In this document: piece by piece, positions 14,801 to 29,008 of the stretch
Numbering within the stretch: position 1 is the first letter of the stretch
How the letters are laid out: each line of letters starts with the position of its first letter
From: Amphiscolops sp. MND2022
Taxonomy: Eukaryota
Length of the DNA stretch: 64,000 nt
Direction of reading: 5' to 3'
Assembly (NCBI GenBank): GCA_964187785.1
Contig: OZ076409.1
Location: 25,174,001 to 25,238,000 of the forward strand
The notes under the pieces: model-generated
Told to the model about the DNA's origin: nothing
Seen by the model: the letters and a program-made list of their open reading frames with translations, nothing else
The model's database searches: none
Made by a program: the position numbers and the translations under genes

Positions 14801-15920
14801 ATTTCAAGATCTTCTAAATTTGCAGATACTGATCTTATATTATTATACAGAAAAGTCAACCCCTCTACCACACGTTTTCTAAAGTTTTTATTTGAATGTT
14901 CTGTCAGCATTAATTGCAGTCAAATGTGTTTTTTTAAAGTTTGTTTTTGCATTTGCGTTTCGTCAGCGTTACATTGTTATTTCTATATTTTTTTAGGACA
15001 TTTGACCGCAATTTGATGACGTTTGTTCATCTATTTCTGGTTGAACAGTTCCAAGACAAAGTGCTTTTAGAGTTGCCATCCCTTCTGCATCTGGTGAGCT
15101 TCGTATTCGTTTCAGTGCACTTTTTAGTTGCAACTCCATACCGGACTTTTTGGGTGCAGGAGTAGAAAACACAGTTGCTGATTTGGCAGGCTCCAATTGT
15201 TTCTTTTTCACAGCACAATGTTTGATATCTTCAACTGCTTGTACGCTTTTTACCACCACTGACTTGTAGGTATTATCCTCATTTTTCATAAAGACTTTCA
15301 CTTTGCAAATTTGGGTTGTTGTTATTAGACCCAAATCGTCAGCTTTCTGCTTGATAGACCTTTGCTGGGGTGGAAGCCTCTCCTTCATGTAGATTGGTTT
15401 TCGATTGATTGGATTTAGCGCTCTTGCCAACCATGATTTACGGCCAAAAATCTCGTTTTTTGATTGAAATATATAAAGTTCACTATAATTGCAGGGGGAT
15501 AGTTGCTATTTTTCCAAGGGCCCAGAAAATGGCAGGCCTTGAAATCCGATGGGTGGGCGGAAAAGCTCAGAAATCGTCGAAAAAAGTCACATACCTGTAG
15601 TTCCCGTTATTCAAAATTCGGATTGAGCGGGGCATTCTCAATTATGATGCAGTCTTTGGAGGAATAAACCTCACACTCGTTAACCCTTACCTCCAGATCC
15701 GATACCCGGTTCTCCAAAGATAGTATTTTCTCGTCCTTAAAAGATAATTGCTCCAATAGATGTGATAATAAGGATCGTAAATTGGAATTTTCAATGTTCT
15801 GTAATGCATTTTCGACATTAAGTTCAGACATATGAGCGGTCAATGTTTTAATTCCACCAAGAATAAGAACTATTACGTAACAATGAAGCTAAACGAACGC
15901 GACCGTTTTCTAGCTATGCA
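11817..15920 (-). mobile_element. Near full-length LINE (CR1/L2/Jockey-group-like), frameshifted
   Basis: ORF1 coiled-coil pieces (15843-14993); APE motifs NIRS, LTET, GGVAIYV, GDFNID, SDH; RT motifs DFRKAFD, GVPQGSILGPLLF, YADD; 3' (TTA)n tail at 11817-11838; 5' end approximate. Confidence 0.9.
12099..14910 (-). pseudogene. LINE ORF2 (AP endonuclease-reverse transcriptase), fragmented
   Basis: Four consecutive ORF-track fragments in different frames carrying APE and RT motifs. Confidence 0.88.
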
Positions 15921-16527
15921 TGTTCTCTGATGAGACAAAGAGTAAAACAAGAGTTGAATCTGCTGTGTAGTTTTACATGTTGTTTTCATGCTTTGTAGGA
16001 TTACAATGTAGCGTCTACGGTTTCAATCAAAACTGAAAACGTTTCAACTTGTTCAACGTTTCGATCTCTCCGTTTCCACATTTCAGTTTCTCGATTTTGC
16101 TGTTAATGTAATCACCGTTAGTCAAATTGCACGATGATAATGACGCTATTATGAAACGTTTGAAGTGGATGAAACTGATTTGCTCTCAAATAAAGGTAAA
16201 ATCATTAAGGTGTCAGCTGCATTTCAAAACAGCAATATTGCATATTCTACTCATATCTTTTAGGCAGCTTGATAAAATTTAAGTGAAACGTTTTTGTTGC
16301 TGGGCAACCTACAAAATTTTTCCCAAGTTCAAGCTGTTTCAACTAGAAAAACACTGCAATTTTTCCGGTTTCCAAAAAAAACGAGCTGGAGGTACCCTCA
16401 AGACTGAAGTCATCTTACTGGAGCTTCTTATAGACACATAGGGTGATTCAGTTTTTTTTCGTAATTATTTCTTCAAGGAGTCTTTTTTAGTCGGCGCTTT
16501 TCGTAGAGAAACGCAGACTATAGCAGT

Positions 16528-16731
16528 TGTTGTTTTTCTAACTAGTTCTAGGAAAGAATAGAGTTTTCTAAAATAATATCTCTTCTATCTCAACGCATAG
16601 GCTATTCAACAATAACATAAATTGATGTAGCATTTTTACATCTGATGTTTGTAAACATTAAGCAGGTATGTCTACAACCGAAGTTCGGTAAAGGTCAGTT
16701 TCTTTTTGATTGACGGATGAACCGTATAACA
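16528..16731 (-). repeat. 3' LTR
   Basis: Five mismatches versus the 5' LTR in 204 bp (counted by eye); adjacent to the PPT. Confidence 0.95.
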
Positions 16732-19700
16732 TTCCCCCTTCTCTGTTCGGGGCTCTTCAGGGGCTTGAGGATGTGCCGGGTAGCATCAGGTTCTCCGGTA
16801 GGAAATCTTGCGGCTTGTGTACTGCTCCCGGCTTCGGCTTGGCTGTACCCTTTGTTCGGTTCCAGGTTTGGCCTGAAAAATAAATAATTTTTCTCATACC
16901 CAAAAATTTCCTTTATAAGATATGCTACCGTATCTATTCGGTCTATTGGTGTTTCGGTTTGACCGCCTATGTTTATTTTCAGAATTCTCACTCTGATGCA
17001 TTTCTCCGTCTGTGTGTATTTTTATCACGTCGTTTTCCGGGTCTGTTTGTATCGGTGCGTACCGTCCATCTTTCTCCGATGTGTTATACGTCTTCCCGGC
17101 TTCTTCCGGCATTTCTTCATCATCTTCATCCTCGTCTTCCGTCTCTGTTTCGGTGTGTTTTTTATTTTGTACAATGCGTAACTTTCCGTTTAGGATGTCT
17201 CTGAGGATTTCATCCCATTTCCTGTATTTGCCGTCAAGTCCACGTATGCAGTGACGGTTCTTGGATGTTATTTCGGCTGAGACTGCCGGTGCCGATTCTT
17301 TTCGGTGTCTTTCCTCGCTCGGGTTCCTTTTCTCAGGTGATTTTGACTCCGAGGCCAGTTGCCGTTCTTCGGTTTTTGTCCGGGCCATCACCATGTGATT
17401 GGTGATCTCCCCGTCTGCGTCTCTTCCGACATATATCGGTATCTTTGGCCGATTTGGTGCTGTAGCTAAGCAGGCTGTACAGTCTTTTACTCATTGCTCA
17501 ATATCTTTCCGCTTTTCCGACCACCAGAATATCTTTGCATCGGATAGCATTTTAGTTGTTCCGGAATGACCGAAGTGTAGATTTTCGATAAGTCATTCGG
17601 TCATCGATGAAGACTAGACCCCATCTGACCGAGAGATTGTCGAATACCGCTCTGTATCCTTCGGGCGCCGAATCTCTCTCCTCTCTCCTCATGCTGGTCC
17701 GGACCCGTGTCATTTCCGGATCAATCGCCGTTTTGGATATGAGTGTTTCGAGGTCAAGCATAAGTTAAATTCTGCTTTCTTTATATTTTCGTCGGTCATT
17801 TTCTTGTTCTCGGTGAGCCTGCCCACTATGCGATTAATCTGGATATAGTGAGCTTCCTTGCCTTCTGTGTGTTATTTGCTAAGGTCGACGATCAGCAAGT
17901 TGTCTCCCGCATTATCACGCTGTCTTCTTCGGTGTCTACCGTATTTTGTTCGGCCTGTACTTCCCCCTCTTCGGGTGCTTCCGGGTCTTCTTCTTCTTCT
18001 TCTTCTACTTCTTCTTCTTGAATTGGCCGGTATCCGCCGCCTATTCGGTAAGCTCTTTGTGTGAGCTCCGCATCGATCTCCGCAATCTCGTCTTGGCTTC
18101 TTTTGTTCGGCCTTGATGGTGTAAATATCATCCTCTGTGATTGCGGGTCGTACCGTCTCCGCATTGTTACGGGCCTTGCTAGTGCTTCTTTCCTTTCTAC
18201 CAGTCTCCGTGTTTCGGGGCTTTTATTTCTTCTTCTTATGATTTCCATGATTTCCCGGGTTACTCCCCAGTGATACAGGTTTTCTCGGTTCATTTTCTCG
18301 ATATCTTTTTCTCCTTTTGACTTTACACTGATCTTTGCGGTGCTAATTTCGGACTGCCCGGATGTAGTATTCTCGCTTTCGTTAGTTTTGTTCGCGTGGT
18401 ATTTGTTCTGAAATGTTCTAATTGCGTGTGATTGGTCGATCTTTTGCGTGTGATTGGTCGTTTCTTCGGATAATTTCATTTGTCCGTATGCATAATCTAG
18501 GTCATTTTTTGAGATGAATAGTTGTAATGTTCGGTCTCGTGTAATTTCTACCAAAATCTGGTTTAACAATTCTTCCATATTCGGCATGTGTGGTCTCCGA
18601 TTAATGCAGCTGTCATTTATTTTCCGGAAGTCCAGTGCTATTTTTACTGATTTGTCGTTCGTTACCGTTATTACTACCGGTGATACAAAACAGTAATCAT
18701 CCACGTTATTTACTTTCTCCAGGTGTCCGGCTTTTATTAGCTTTTCAAGTTCTCGTGCTACACTTCTTGTAGGTGTAACGGGATCGGTCTTGCTTTGTGT
18801 TTCACCGGTTAATGTCCAGGTTTCAGTTGTTTATTTCTTTCGGTATCTTTTATTGTCCGGTTGTAAAAAATTTTTTCCGGAAACTTGGTAATTACTCTCT
18901 CCTTTTCTGATTGGTGGTTTCGGCCAATTGTATTCTACCGATTGTCAGTTTGAATCTTTTCACCCAGTCCATGCCCAATAAGAGTGTTATGTCCGGTCTT
19001 TCGGTGATTAGTATTTCCATTTTTTGTTTGTTGTTTTCGTATTCTATGTTTACCGGTATATTCTCCCGGAATTTTCGTTCTTGTTTACGTCTTGGTATCG
19101 GTTTGTTATTTTCTGTATTTCGGTCTTCTTCATGATTTGTTCGTCTAGTGGCATTATGGTCACCGGTGATCCGGTATCAATGATGAATTCCTTTGGTGTT
19201 CCCTTTATCTTCATTTTTGCTGTATAGTGCTTCTGTTGTTCTACAAGGATCTTTATTTCTTCTATGTGGTATATACTTTCGTCGGATTCACTCATCGATT
19301 CGGTTAATACTCAGCGTGTTCGGTTAATATGTTAATGACGTATTCTTCATCGTATTTGTTTTCTGTCGGTGCTCCCCCTACCGGATTTCTGCTGAGATAG
19401 TCGGTGAATTTCAAATTACTGCCGGCGATATGTTGAACTGCAATATCAAAATGCGCCAACCGGTCTAACCATCTAGTTTATCTTGCACTGTTTTGATGGT
19501 TGCTTCGGTTCCGTTTTATTAGGGGTTCTAGTGCTTGGTGATCCGTGTATAGGTATACCTTCTTTCCGTATAGATAAAATCGGAATTTTTCCAATCCCCA
19601 AACTACTGCTAATAATTCGAGTTCGCCAATAGAGTAGTTCTTTTCGGTGTCGTTTAGATATCTACTACTGAATGCGATTGGTTTCATTTCCCCGTCGTCT

Positions 19701-22700
19701 TGTTTTTGCCAAAGTGTAATTCCGAGACTGGTTTTACTAGCGTCTGTTGTTACCATGTTAACTTTGTCTTTTGCATAATTTGCTAAACATGGTTTTTCGG
19801 TCAGCATTTGTTTTATTTGATTAAAATCGTTTTTTTGTTCTTCTCCCCAAATCCATGGTTCATTCTTTTTCAGTAACTTTCTCAGTCTGTCCGTCATTTC
19901 CGATAGTTTCGGTAAGATCTTTGCCGGATTTTGTATTGTGCCGAGGAATGATTTCAGTTCTTTTGTATTATTCGGTGACTTCAATTTTTGTATCGCTTCA
20001 ACTTTCTCCTCGTTTGGTTTTATTCTGGTTTCATCAATTTCATGTCCCAACCATTTTGTTTGTTTTTGGAAAAATTCAGAATTTCTTTTGCTCGCCCGGT
20101 ATCCGGCTTTTTCGAGTTTAAATAGAACGTCAAAAAGTTTTTTCTCGTGTTCTTGTTCACTTCCGCGTGTTACTACTACAATGTCATCTAGCCATGCCGG
20201 TGTGCTGTATTCCAGTGTTTGGTCTATTTTCTCCTGGAAAATTGTAGGGATGTCAACAAGTCTGTAAAACCCTATTTAAATCTATAATATCCGCTAAATT
20301 TTGCTCCGGTAATTGCAAATAGACATTGCCGGCTCGTTTCTTCGGATAATTTCAATTGTCCGTATGCATAATCTAGGTCATTTTTTGAGATGAATAGTTG
20401 TAATGTTCGGTCTCGTGTAATTTCTACCAAAATCTGGTTTAACAGTTCTCCCATATTCGGCATGTGTGGTCTCCGATTAATGCAGCTGTCGTTTAGTTTC
20501 CGGGAGTCCAGTGCTATTTTTACTGATTTGTCGTTCGTTACCGTTATTACTACCGGTGATACAAAACAGTATTCATCCACGTTATTTACTTTCTCCAGGT
20601 GTCCGGCTTTTATTAGCTTTTCAAGTTCTCGTCCTACACTTCTTGTAGGAGTAACGGGATCGGTTTTGCTTTGTGTTTCACCGGTTAATGTCCAGGTTTC
20701 AGTTGTATATTTCTTACGGTATCTTTTATTGTCCGGTTGTAAAAAAAATTATTCCGGAAACTTGGTAAATACTCTCTCCTTTTCTGATTGGTGGTTTCGG
20801 CCAAAAATGCTCAATAAGAGTGTTATGTCCGGTCTTTCGGTGATTAGTATTTCCATTTTTTGTTTGTTGTTTTCGTATTCTATGTTTACCGGTATATTCC
20901 CCCGGAATTTTTGATCTTGTTTACGTCTTGGTATCGGTTTGTTATTTTCTGTATTCCGGTCTTCTTCATGATTTGTTCGTCTAGTGGCATTATGGTCACC
21001 GGTGATCCGGTATCAATGATGAATTCCTTTGGTGTTCCCTTTATCTTTATTTTTGCTGTATAGTGCTTCTGTTGTTCTACAAGGATCTTTATTTCTTCTA
21101 TGTGGTATATACTTTCGTCGGATTCACTCATCGATTCGGTTAATACTCAGCGTGTTCGGTTAATATGTTAATGACGTATTCTTCATCGTATTTGTTTTCT
21201 GTCGGTGCTCCCCTTACCGGATTTCTGCTGAGATAGTCGGTGAATTTCAAATTACTGCCGGCGATATGTTGAACTGCAATATCAAAATGCGCCAACCGGT
21301 CTAACCATCTAGTTTATCTTGCACTGTTTTGATGGTTGCTTCGGTTCCGTTTTATTAGGGGTTCTAGTGCTTGGTGATCCGTGTATAGGTATACCTTCTT
21401 TCCGTATAGATAAAATCGGAATTTTTCCAATCCCCAAACTACTGCTAATAATTCGAGTTCGCCAATAGAGTAGTTCTTTTCGGTGTCGTTTAGATATCTA
21501 CTACCGAATGCGATTGGTTTCATTTCCCCGTCGTCTTGTTTTTGCCAAAGTGTAATTCCGAGACCGGTTTTACTAGCGTCTGTTGTTACCATGTTATCTT
21601 TGTCTTTTGCATAATGTGCTAAACATGGTTTTTCGGTCAGCATCTGTTTTATTTGATTAAAATCGTTTTCTTGTTCTTCTCCCCAAATCCATGGTTCATT
21701 CTTTTTCAGTAACTTTCTCAGTCTGTCCGTCATTTCCGATAGTTTCGGTAAGAATTTTGCTGGAAATTGTATTGTGCCGAGGAATGATTTCAGTTCTTTT
21801 GTATTTATCGGTGACTTCAATTTTTGTATCGCTTCAACTTTCTCCTCGTTTGGTTTTATTCCGGTTTCATCAATTTCATGTCCCAACCATTTTGTTTGTT
21901 TTTGGAAAAATCCTAATTTTCTTTTGCTCGCCCGGTATCCGGCTTTTTCGAGTTTAAATAGAACGTCAAAAAGTTTTTTCTCGTGTTCTTGTTCACTTCC
22001 GCGTGTTACTACTACAATGTCATCTAGCCATGCCGGTGTGCTGTATTCCAGTGTTCGGTCTATTTTCTCCTGGAAATTTGTAGGGATGTCAGCGAGTCCG
22101 TAAAACCTTTTTTTAAATCTATAATATCCGCTAATTTTTGCTCCGGTAATTGCAAATACACATTGCCGGCTCGTTTCCTCGGATAATTTCTTTGTCCGTA
22201 TGCATAATCTAGGTCATTTTTTGAGATGAATAGTTGTAATGTTCGGTCTCGTGTAATTTCTACCAAAATCTGGTTTAACAGTTCTCCCATATTCGGCATA
22301 TGTGGTCTCCGATTAATGCAGCTGTCATTTAGTTTCCGGGAGTCCAGTGCTATTTTTACTGATTTGTCGTTCGTTACCGTTATTACTACCGGTGATACAA
22401 AACAGGATTCATCCACGTTATTTACTTTCTCCAGGTGTCCGGCTTTTATTAGTTTTTCAAGTTCTCGTCCTACACTTCTTGTAGGTGTAACGGGATCGGT
22501 CTTGCTTTGTGTTTCACCGGTTAATATCCAGGTTTCAGTTGTATATTTCTTTCGGTATCTTTTATTGTCCGGTTGTAAAAAATTATTCCGAAAACTTGGT
22601 AATTACTCTCTCCTTTCCTGATTGGTGCTTTCGGCCAATTGTATTCTGCCGATTGTCAGCTTGAATTTTTTCATCCAGTCCATGCCCAATAAGAGTGTTA

Positions 22701-24998
22701 TGTCCGGTCTTTCGGTGATTAGTATTTCCATTTTTTGTTTGTTGTTTTCGCATTCTATGTTTACCGGTATATTCCCCCGGAATTTTCGTTCTTGTTTACG
22801 TCTTGGTATCGGTTTGTTATTTTCTGTATTTCGGTCTTCATGATTTGTTCGTCTAGTGGCATTATGGTCACCGGTGATCCGGTATCAATGATGAATTCCT
22901 TTGGTGTTCCCTTTATCTTTATTTTTGCTGTATAGTGCTTCTGTTGTTCTACAATGATCTTTATTTCTTCTATGTGGTATATACTTTCGTCGGATTCACT
23001 CATCGATTCGTTCGGTTCTGTTCTTCTTCGGTAAGTTTTCTCACTGTTCGGTTGTTCTTTGTTCTATGTTTGTATGCCCGTGCGTATGTCCTTTCTTTCC
23101 GCAGTTGTTGCAGTTTGATTCTAGTGCTGGGCATTTGTGTATTGGACTCGAATTTGGTGCGTTGCAAAATCTGCATGGTCGGTTTCCCGCTGTTCTCGTT
23201 TTCGGTCTGGTTCCGAATTTCTCCATTTTCTGTATTGGATCTTCTTTAATTATTTGTTTTTCTTTTGTCGTGATTAATGCCTCTGGTATTGTGTTTTTCT
23301 TGTTTTTCTTTTCATAAGTCGGTCTCGTGTAATTTCTACCAAAATCTGGTTTAACAGTTCTCCCATATTCGGCATATGTGGTCTCCGATTAATGCAGCTG
23401 TCATTTAGTTTCCGGGAGTCCAGTGCTATTTTTACTGATTTGTCGTTCGTTACCGTTATTACTACCGGTGATACAAAACAGGATTCATCCACGTTATTTA
23501 CTTTCTCCAGGTGTCCGGCTTTTATTAGCTTTTCAAGTTCTCGTCCTACACTTCTTGTAGGTGTAACGGGATCGGTCTTGCTTTGTGTTTCACCGGTTAA
23601 TGTCCAGGTTTCAGTTGTATATTTCTTTCGGTATCTTTTATTGTCCGGTTGTAAAAAAATTATTCCGGAAACTTGGTAATTACTCTCTCCTTTTCTGATT
23701 GGTGGTTTCGGCCAATTGTATTCTACCGATTGTCAGCTTGAATCTTTTAATCCAGTCCATGCCCAATAAGAGTGTTATGTCCGGTCTTTCGGTGATTAGT
23801 ATTTCCATTTTTTGTTTGTTGTTTCCGTATTCTATGTTTACCGGTATATTCCCCCGGAATTTTCGTTCTTGTTTACGTCTTGGTATCGGTTTGTTATTTT
23901 CTGTATTTCGGTCTTCTTCATGATTTGTTCGTCTAGTGGCATTATGGTCACCGGTGATCAGGTATCAATGATGAATTCCTTTGGTGTTCCCTTTATCTTT
24001 ATTTTTGCTGTATAGTGCTTCTGTTGTTCTACAATGATCTTTATTTCTTCTATGTGGTATATACTTTCGTCGGATTCACTCATCGATTCGTTCGGTTCTG
24101 TTCTTCTTCGGTAAGTTTTCTCACTGTTCGGTTGTTCTTTGTTCTATGTTTGCATGCCCGTGCGTAGTGTCCTTTCTTTCCGCAGTTGTTGCAGTTTGAT
24201 TCTAGTGCTGGGCATTTGTGTATTGGACTCGAATTTGGTGCGTTGCAAAATCTGCATGGTCGGTTTCCCGCTGTTCTCGTTTTCGGTCTGGTTCCGAATT
24301 TCTCCATTCTCTGTATTGGTTCTTCTTTAATTATTTGTTTTTCTTTTGTCGTGATTAATGCCTCTGGTATTGTGTTTTTCTTGTTTTTCTTTTCATAAGT
24401 ATTTTGTTTGATCATTTCAATTGTTTTCTTCATCTCTAGTGTCTTTTCTTTCATTAGTTTATTCCGTAACTTCTTGTCGGTAATCGCTGACATGTATTTG
24501 GATATTAGTAGTTCTTCGGCTGAAATGGTACCGAAATTACATTCTTTCTCTGTTTCGATCAGTCGTCTCCAGAATTCTTTGGGTGTTTCATTTCCCGATT
24601 GCTTTGCCCAAAAAAATCTCTTCTGTTATGGTATGTATTTCGTTTTGGGAGGTAGTGTTCGGTATATAACCGAATTAGATCTTTGATTTTTATGCTATCC
24701 GGTTCCGTTTTGTATTTGGCCCGGGTTATCTGGTACAGTGCTTCCGGTCCCACTCCCCAGATGAAGTCATCTTGGATTCTTGCATCTTTTTTGGTGGTCC
24801 ATCCGGTTTCTGTGATTTCTTCCCCTTTTACTAATGGTGTAATGTCGATTTTATGTTCCCGTTTAGTAAACTGCCGGAATCTCTCCAACCATTGTCTCGG
24901 GGTAAATATTGGGTTTCCGTCTGATGCCTTTGCTTCTAGGTTCGGTACAATATTCTTTTCTGCCATAATTCCGATTGAAATTTTTGGTTTGTTTTAAA

Positions 24999-25017
24999 AA
25001 TCTTGCTTACTGCGCCA
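24999..25017 (-). promoter_or_regulatory. Primer-binding site, tRNA-Ser-like
   Basis: TGGCGCAGTAAGCAAGATT directly after the LTR resembles the complement of tRNA-Ser 3' ends. Confidence 0.65.
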
Positions 25018-25221
25018 TGTTGTATTTCTAACTAGTTCTAGGAAAGAATAGAGTTTTCTAAAATAAAATCTCTTCTATCTCAAAGCATAGGCTATTCAAC
25101 AATAACATAAATTGATGTAGCAGTTTTACATCTGATGTTTGTAAACATTAAGCAGGTATGTCTACAACCGAAGTTCGGTAAAGGTCAGTTTCTTTTTGAT
25201 TGACGGATGAACCGTACAACA
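25018..25221 (-). repeat. 5' LTR
   Basis: Direct repeat of 16528-16731; adjacent to the PBS. Confidence 0.95.
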
Positions 25222-26417
25222 GCAGTGACTTTTTTAAGACCAACAAAGTGACAGATTTTATAAGCTTTATAAGCTGACTTGAACTAAAACTAAATGCCTC
25301 ACTACTTTTACTGGCACTTGATATAGAGGTTAATTATGCTTTTTTAAGGTCACCTTTTACGTTTTTCGGCACTATGCGACTTACCGGGGACCAAAAAAAA
25401 TTGAAACAAAATTCGATTTTTTTCAATTTTTTCTCATGCGGGTACTGTAGAAGAGAATACTTGACACTTTCAAGTCCTTTTGCTATTTTTGAGCCTTAGA
25501 TATGGCGCCGACTTGGCCCGTTCCCGGCTTGTTTCTATTGAAACTACTTGAATCTTTGATGCTTTGTTGCTTCGCAAAAACTCAAAACCCAAATGACAAG
25601 CACAAGATGAATTCAAAAGGATCCCTCTTCAGATTATATGAGACTGCAAAGCTTCATGAAACAATCAAAAAGAAAATATTTTGACATTCAAACTCTGAGA
25701 AAATCCGCAGGTCGCTCTGAAACCGCAGATATAGCGAAACTCTAGTCAAAAAGACATATTTTCGCCTATCTGATATGTTTCACGCCCTCTAAAAATTTAG
25801 CAACAAACTTTCAGAATGACTTTCAACGGCTGCAAAAACGTTCCAAAGATGAAAAAATGTCGTTTCACGGCTTTTGACTGGTCCAAATGTCAAGTGTTTC
25901 CATAAATTCAAATGCTACAAAAACATGCAAAGTGTATCGGATTTTGCAAAAAAAATGTCAAAATGTTTGTAAGTTAAATTGTAAAAAACCTTTCAAAAAT
26001 GCGCTTATATATCCATAACTACAAAATCGGCAAAAAATTTTTCGCATCGAATTCTGTGGAAAAAAGTGTGTCCTTGGAATATACAATTTAGCTATGGCAA
26101 AAAAACTAGTAAGGAAATTCTGGCTGAGAAATTATTCGTTGTTTCTCATATATATAAATATGAGGGGAAAATATCAAAACAATCGTGCCGTAATTTGCTA
26201 AGTTGTGATAAATTCCGGAAGTATGAAAAATTTCAAACCGCAAAACGGGTTTACATACTCAGTTCACTCAAAAGTCTCAGGAGAGGAGCAAAAGTACTGA
26301 AGGTTGGTCAGATCTACGAGTGTTTTTTGTTTCGAAATCAAACAAAAATTACAAAAGATTTAAGACCGTTTATTTCTAACTTTTGACAAGTTTCTAAATT
26401 TATCATGCAATATTATG

Positions 26418-27182
26418 ACAAGCCGGGAACGGCCTAAGTTGGCGCTATGCCTAAAGCTCAAAAAGCGCAAACTTTTCAAAATATGCTCAGGACGTTTTTT
26501 TTTTCAAATCAAAAACTAACAAAATGTTTCGAAACTATCAAAGGGTGCTTTTAGTGCTCGGAAAACGCTTCAGAAGTTCGGATACAGCGTGCTGGGACAA
26601 ATAGGAGCGCTTGTTTTTGAACCTCTGCCTCCTCTTTAGTGAAACACAAGATAGTTCGGATACAAAGTCAAAAATTTGAATATACAGAAATATTTTCGAA
26701 CATCCAGTTCCAACATTCGAATGGAATCAAAAAAGTTTATCAAATTTTGCTAAGTTGTGGTGGATTATCGGTGGATATTTATTGAGAAAACGAATTATCA
26801 GAAAAAATCATAATTTTGAACAGTCTCATAGTGCCAAAATGTAAAAGGGGGAGCCATTGAAGATTTTTTAACAACCTTCTTGTTGCAAAATATCAAAAAA
26901 GTGGAGGGAGGCCATTCTGAGACGTTGAAGATTTTCGAAAGTGTCATAGGGCCGAAAAATCCAAGTTAAAAACCTCAAGATAGCCAAAGTGGGGATCCTT
27001 TGTACGTTTTCGAGGTTCTGGACGTCGACTTTGTTTTGGACGAGGTTCTGACGTATCCAGGATGTTTTAGACATGCGTAGTTCAATTTGAACAAATGAAC
27101 AAAAACGTGGACCATACGTGTATAAAAAAACTACCCACTGGTAAGAGTCGGGCACTTTTCCAGAAAAGCGCCGACTGAAAAA
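26418..27182 (-). mobile_element. DINE-1/Helentron-like non-autonomous element
   Basis: Family termini ACAAGCCGGGAACGG..GGCGC and AAAAGCGCCGACT. Confidence 0.7.
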
Positions 27183-28547
27183 CCGCTGTTTGTAACATAA
27201 AATGAAATGCCTCCCACAAACATTTGATTCCAGATATCTAACCTTTGATTGTAATACTTTTCTCAAAAATGCCCTTGAAATTCAGGGTTTTCATCACCTT
27301 GTCCTTCGCCAAACAAACGGAAAAACGTCAATATTTCAGTGACATCATGGTTCCCTTTGAAACAGGCCAGGGGCTGCCCAAGGCAGCGCCCGACAAAGTC
27401 TCAAGAAGGGAAAACTTCTTATGTATTTTTGTTCGTGAAGTTATTGAAAAAAATCTCGTTAATTTCGCAGTACCAAAAAATCCCAAGAAGTTGAAAAGCT
27501 CAAGGTTTAATGTGGAAAAGGACACTTAAAATTTCATCAGTTTTTAGGCGTCAAAAATACCCTTATGGATACGCATAGGACTCGAGAACCACTTTTCCCC
27601 CAACGGTAAACAGCAAAAAACCCATTTGAAAAAAAATCAGATTTTTCTTTCGGAAAAAATCTCAGTACCGAAAAACCCAAAAGGAGACACATTAAATTCG
27701 CAAAACGTTTGGTTCCTAGTAAAAATCAAGGGGGACGGCTTCGATGAAAACAAATCAGAAAAAAGTCGCAGAGATCCGAAAAAGTGTCGAAAAAAAATTG
27801 AATATAGCGCAATATTTTCGAACATCTAGTTCCTTCTTTGCAAAAGAGGCCCCTGCGGGACACAGTATCGTTTCTGCATTTAGGCTTTCATGTTCAATGA
27901 TAGAAGCATATCTTAATCGTTTATATAGCACACAATTAATCACTCTACCAGTTTACACTGCCTTTAGTTCTTCTGGGACTAAAGAAAAGATTGCTAAGCG
28001 TAGACGAAGTTTTGCATTCGCATTTGAATGCAGACGAAGCTCTCGGCGAACGAATAATTAACACTCGTTCGCTTTATCTTAATAGCTCGGCGTACGAAAG
28101 CATAATTACGAACATTCGCTCGCTCCATCTCAATGAATTCAGCGTACAGATGCATAATTACCACTCGCTCGTTCCATCGCACGAGAAACGAATTGGTGTC
28201 GGCAGCTTGAGAATTTAAATCTCACGCTTATGTTCACTGCCGAACAACGAATAAAAACGCTTTTTACTTCGGATATTACGTCACAAGTTCGGATATAGCG
28301 CTATATTTTCGAACCTCATCCACATCTTTGATGAAAGGCAACTTACTTTGGATATAAGGTCAAAAGTTCGGATATAGAGTGCTGGGCCACTGAGAAAACC
28401 TAATTCTAAGACAAAACATCCTTTTTAAATCTCACAATGCCGAAAAATGTAAATGGGGGACTGTTTGGGCTTTTTGACAACAATTTGTTGCAAAATATTT
28501 CTATAAAAATAAGAGGGACCCTTTGGAGAAATTGCACGAAACAGTTG

Positions 28548-28622
28548 CTGGCTGAAGCAGGGACTCGAACCTGTGACCGTCGGGTTCCCCCTAAACCGAG
28601 TAACCTCTGTACCAGAAGGTGG
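28548..28622 (-). other. tRNA-like A/B-box segment in a Helentron-like repeat
   Basis: TGGTACAGAGG (A box) and GGTTCGAGTCC (B box) at tRNA-like spacing; no full cloverleaf. Confidence 0.5.
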
Positions 28623-29008
28623 TACATACAGGGTTAGCTCTGTGGTGACGAAAAAAAACCATTGTAAGAGTCGGGCACTTTTCGTCAAAAGGGGCCGACT
28701 AAAAATAGAGGTGTAATCTTTTTCGAAGGTTACCAATCAGTCACAACCATCAATGTATTTGCTCAACAAACTGATACATTTAAAAAAACTACATAGGATT
28801 TGATATATACGCTGTAAGTTCAACTGCTTTGAAAACTTGATGCCCAGGAATGTTTGATAAAGAACAAAATTGATGAGAGTTAATTGTTTGGAAGGAAAGT
28901 TAATGACAAATAATAACTGGTAAATGCAACTAATACAATTCAAACTAAACACTGTATGAGTTTTGAGTGATAATACAAAGGTTGAAAATGTTGGATTGAC
29001 GATGACTC

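Larger units (their letters stand above)
16528..25221 (-). mobile_element. Ty3/gypsy LTR retrotransposon with internal duplications; integrase core deleted
   Basis: 204-bp TG..CA LTRs; GCAGT TSD (16523-16527, 25222-25226); PBS TGGCGCAGT; PPT GAGAAGGGGGAA; gag with zinc knuckles, PR (IDTGS), RT, RNase H (TDAS, YSIGELE, YTDH), integrase HHCC remnant; domain order PR-RT-RH-INT. Confidence 0.95.
16483..25533 (+). mobile_element. DINE-1/Helentron-like element split by the LTR retrotransposon
   Basis: TTTTTAGTCGGCGC 5' end left of the TSD; GCGCCGACT plus stem-loop and CTTGTT 3' end right of it. Confidence 0.7.

Noticed and set aside
18514..24997. Repeated plus-strand ORFs in the LTR element
   Set aside because: They are antisense shadows of the duplicated gag/pol frames.
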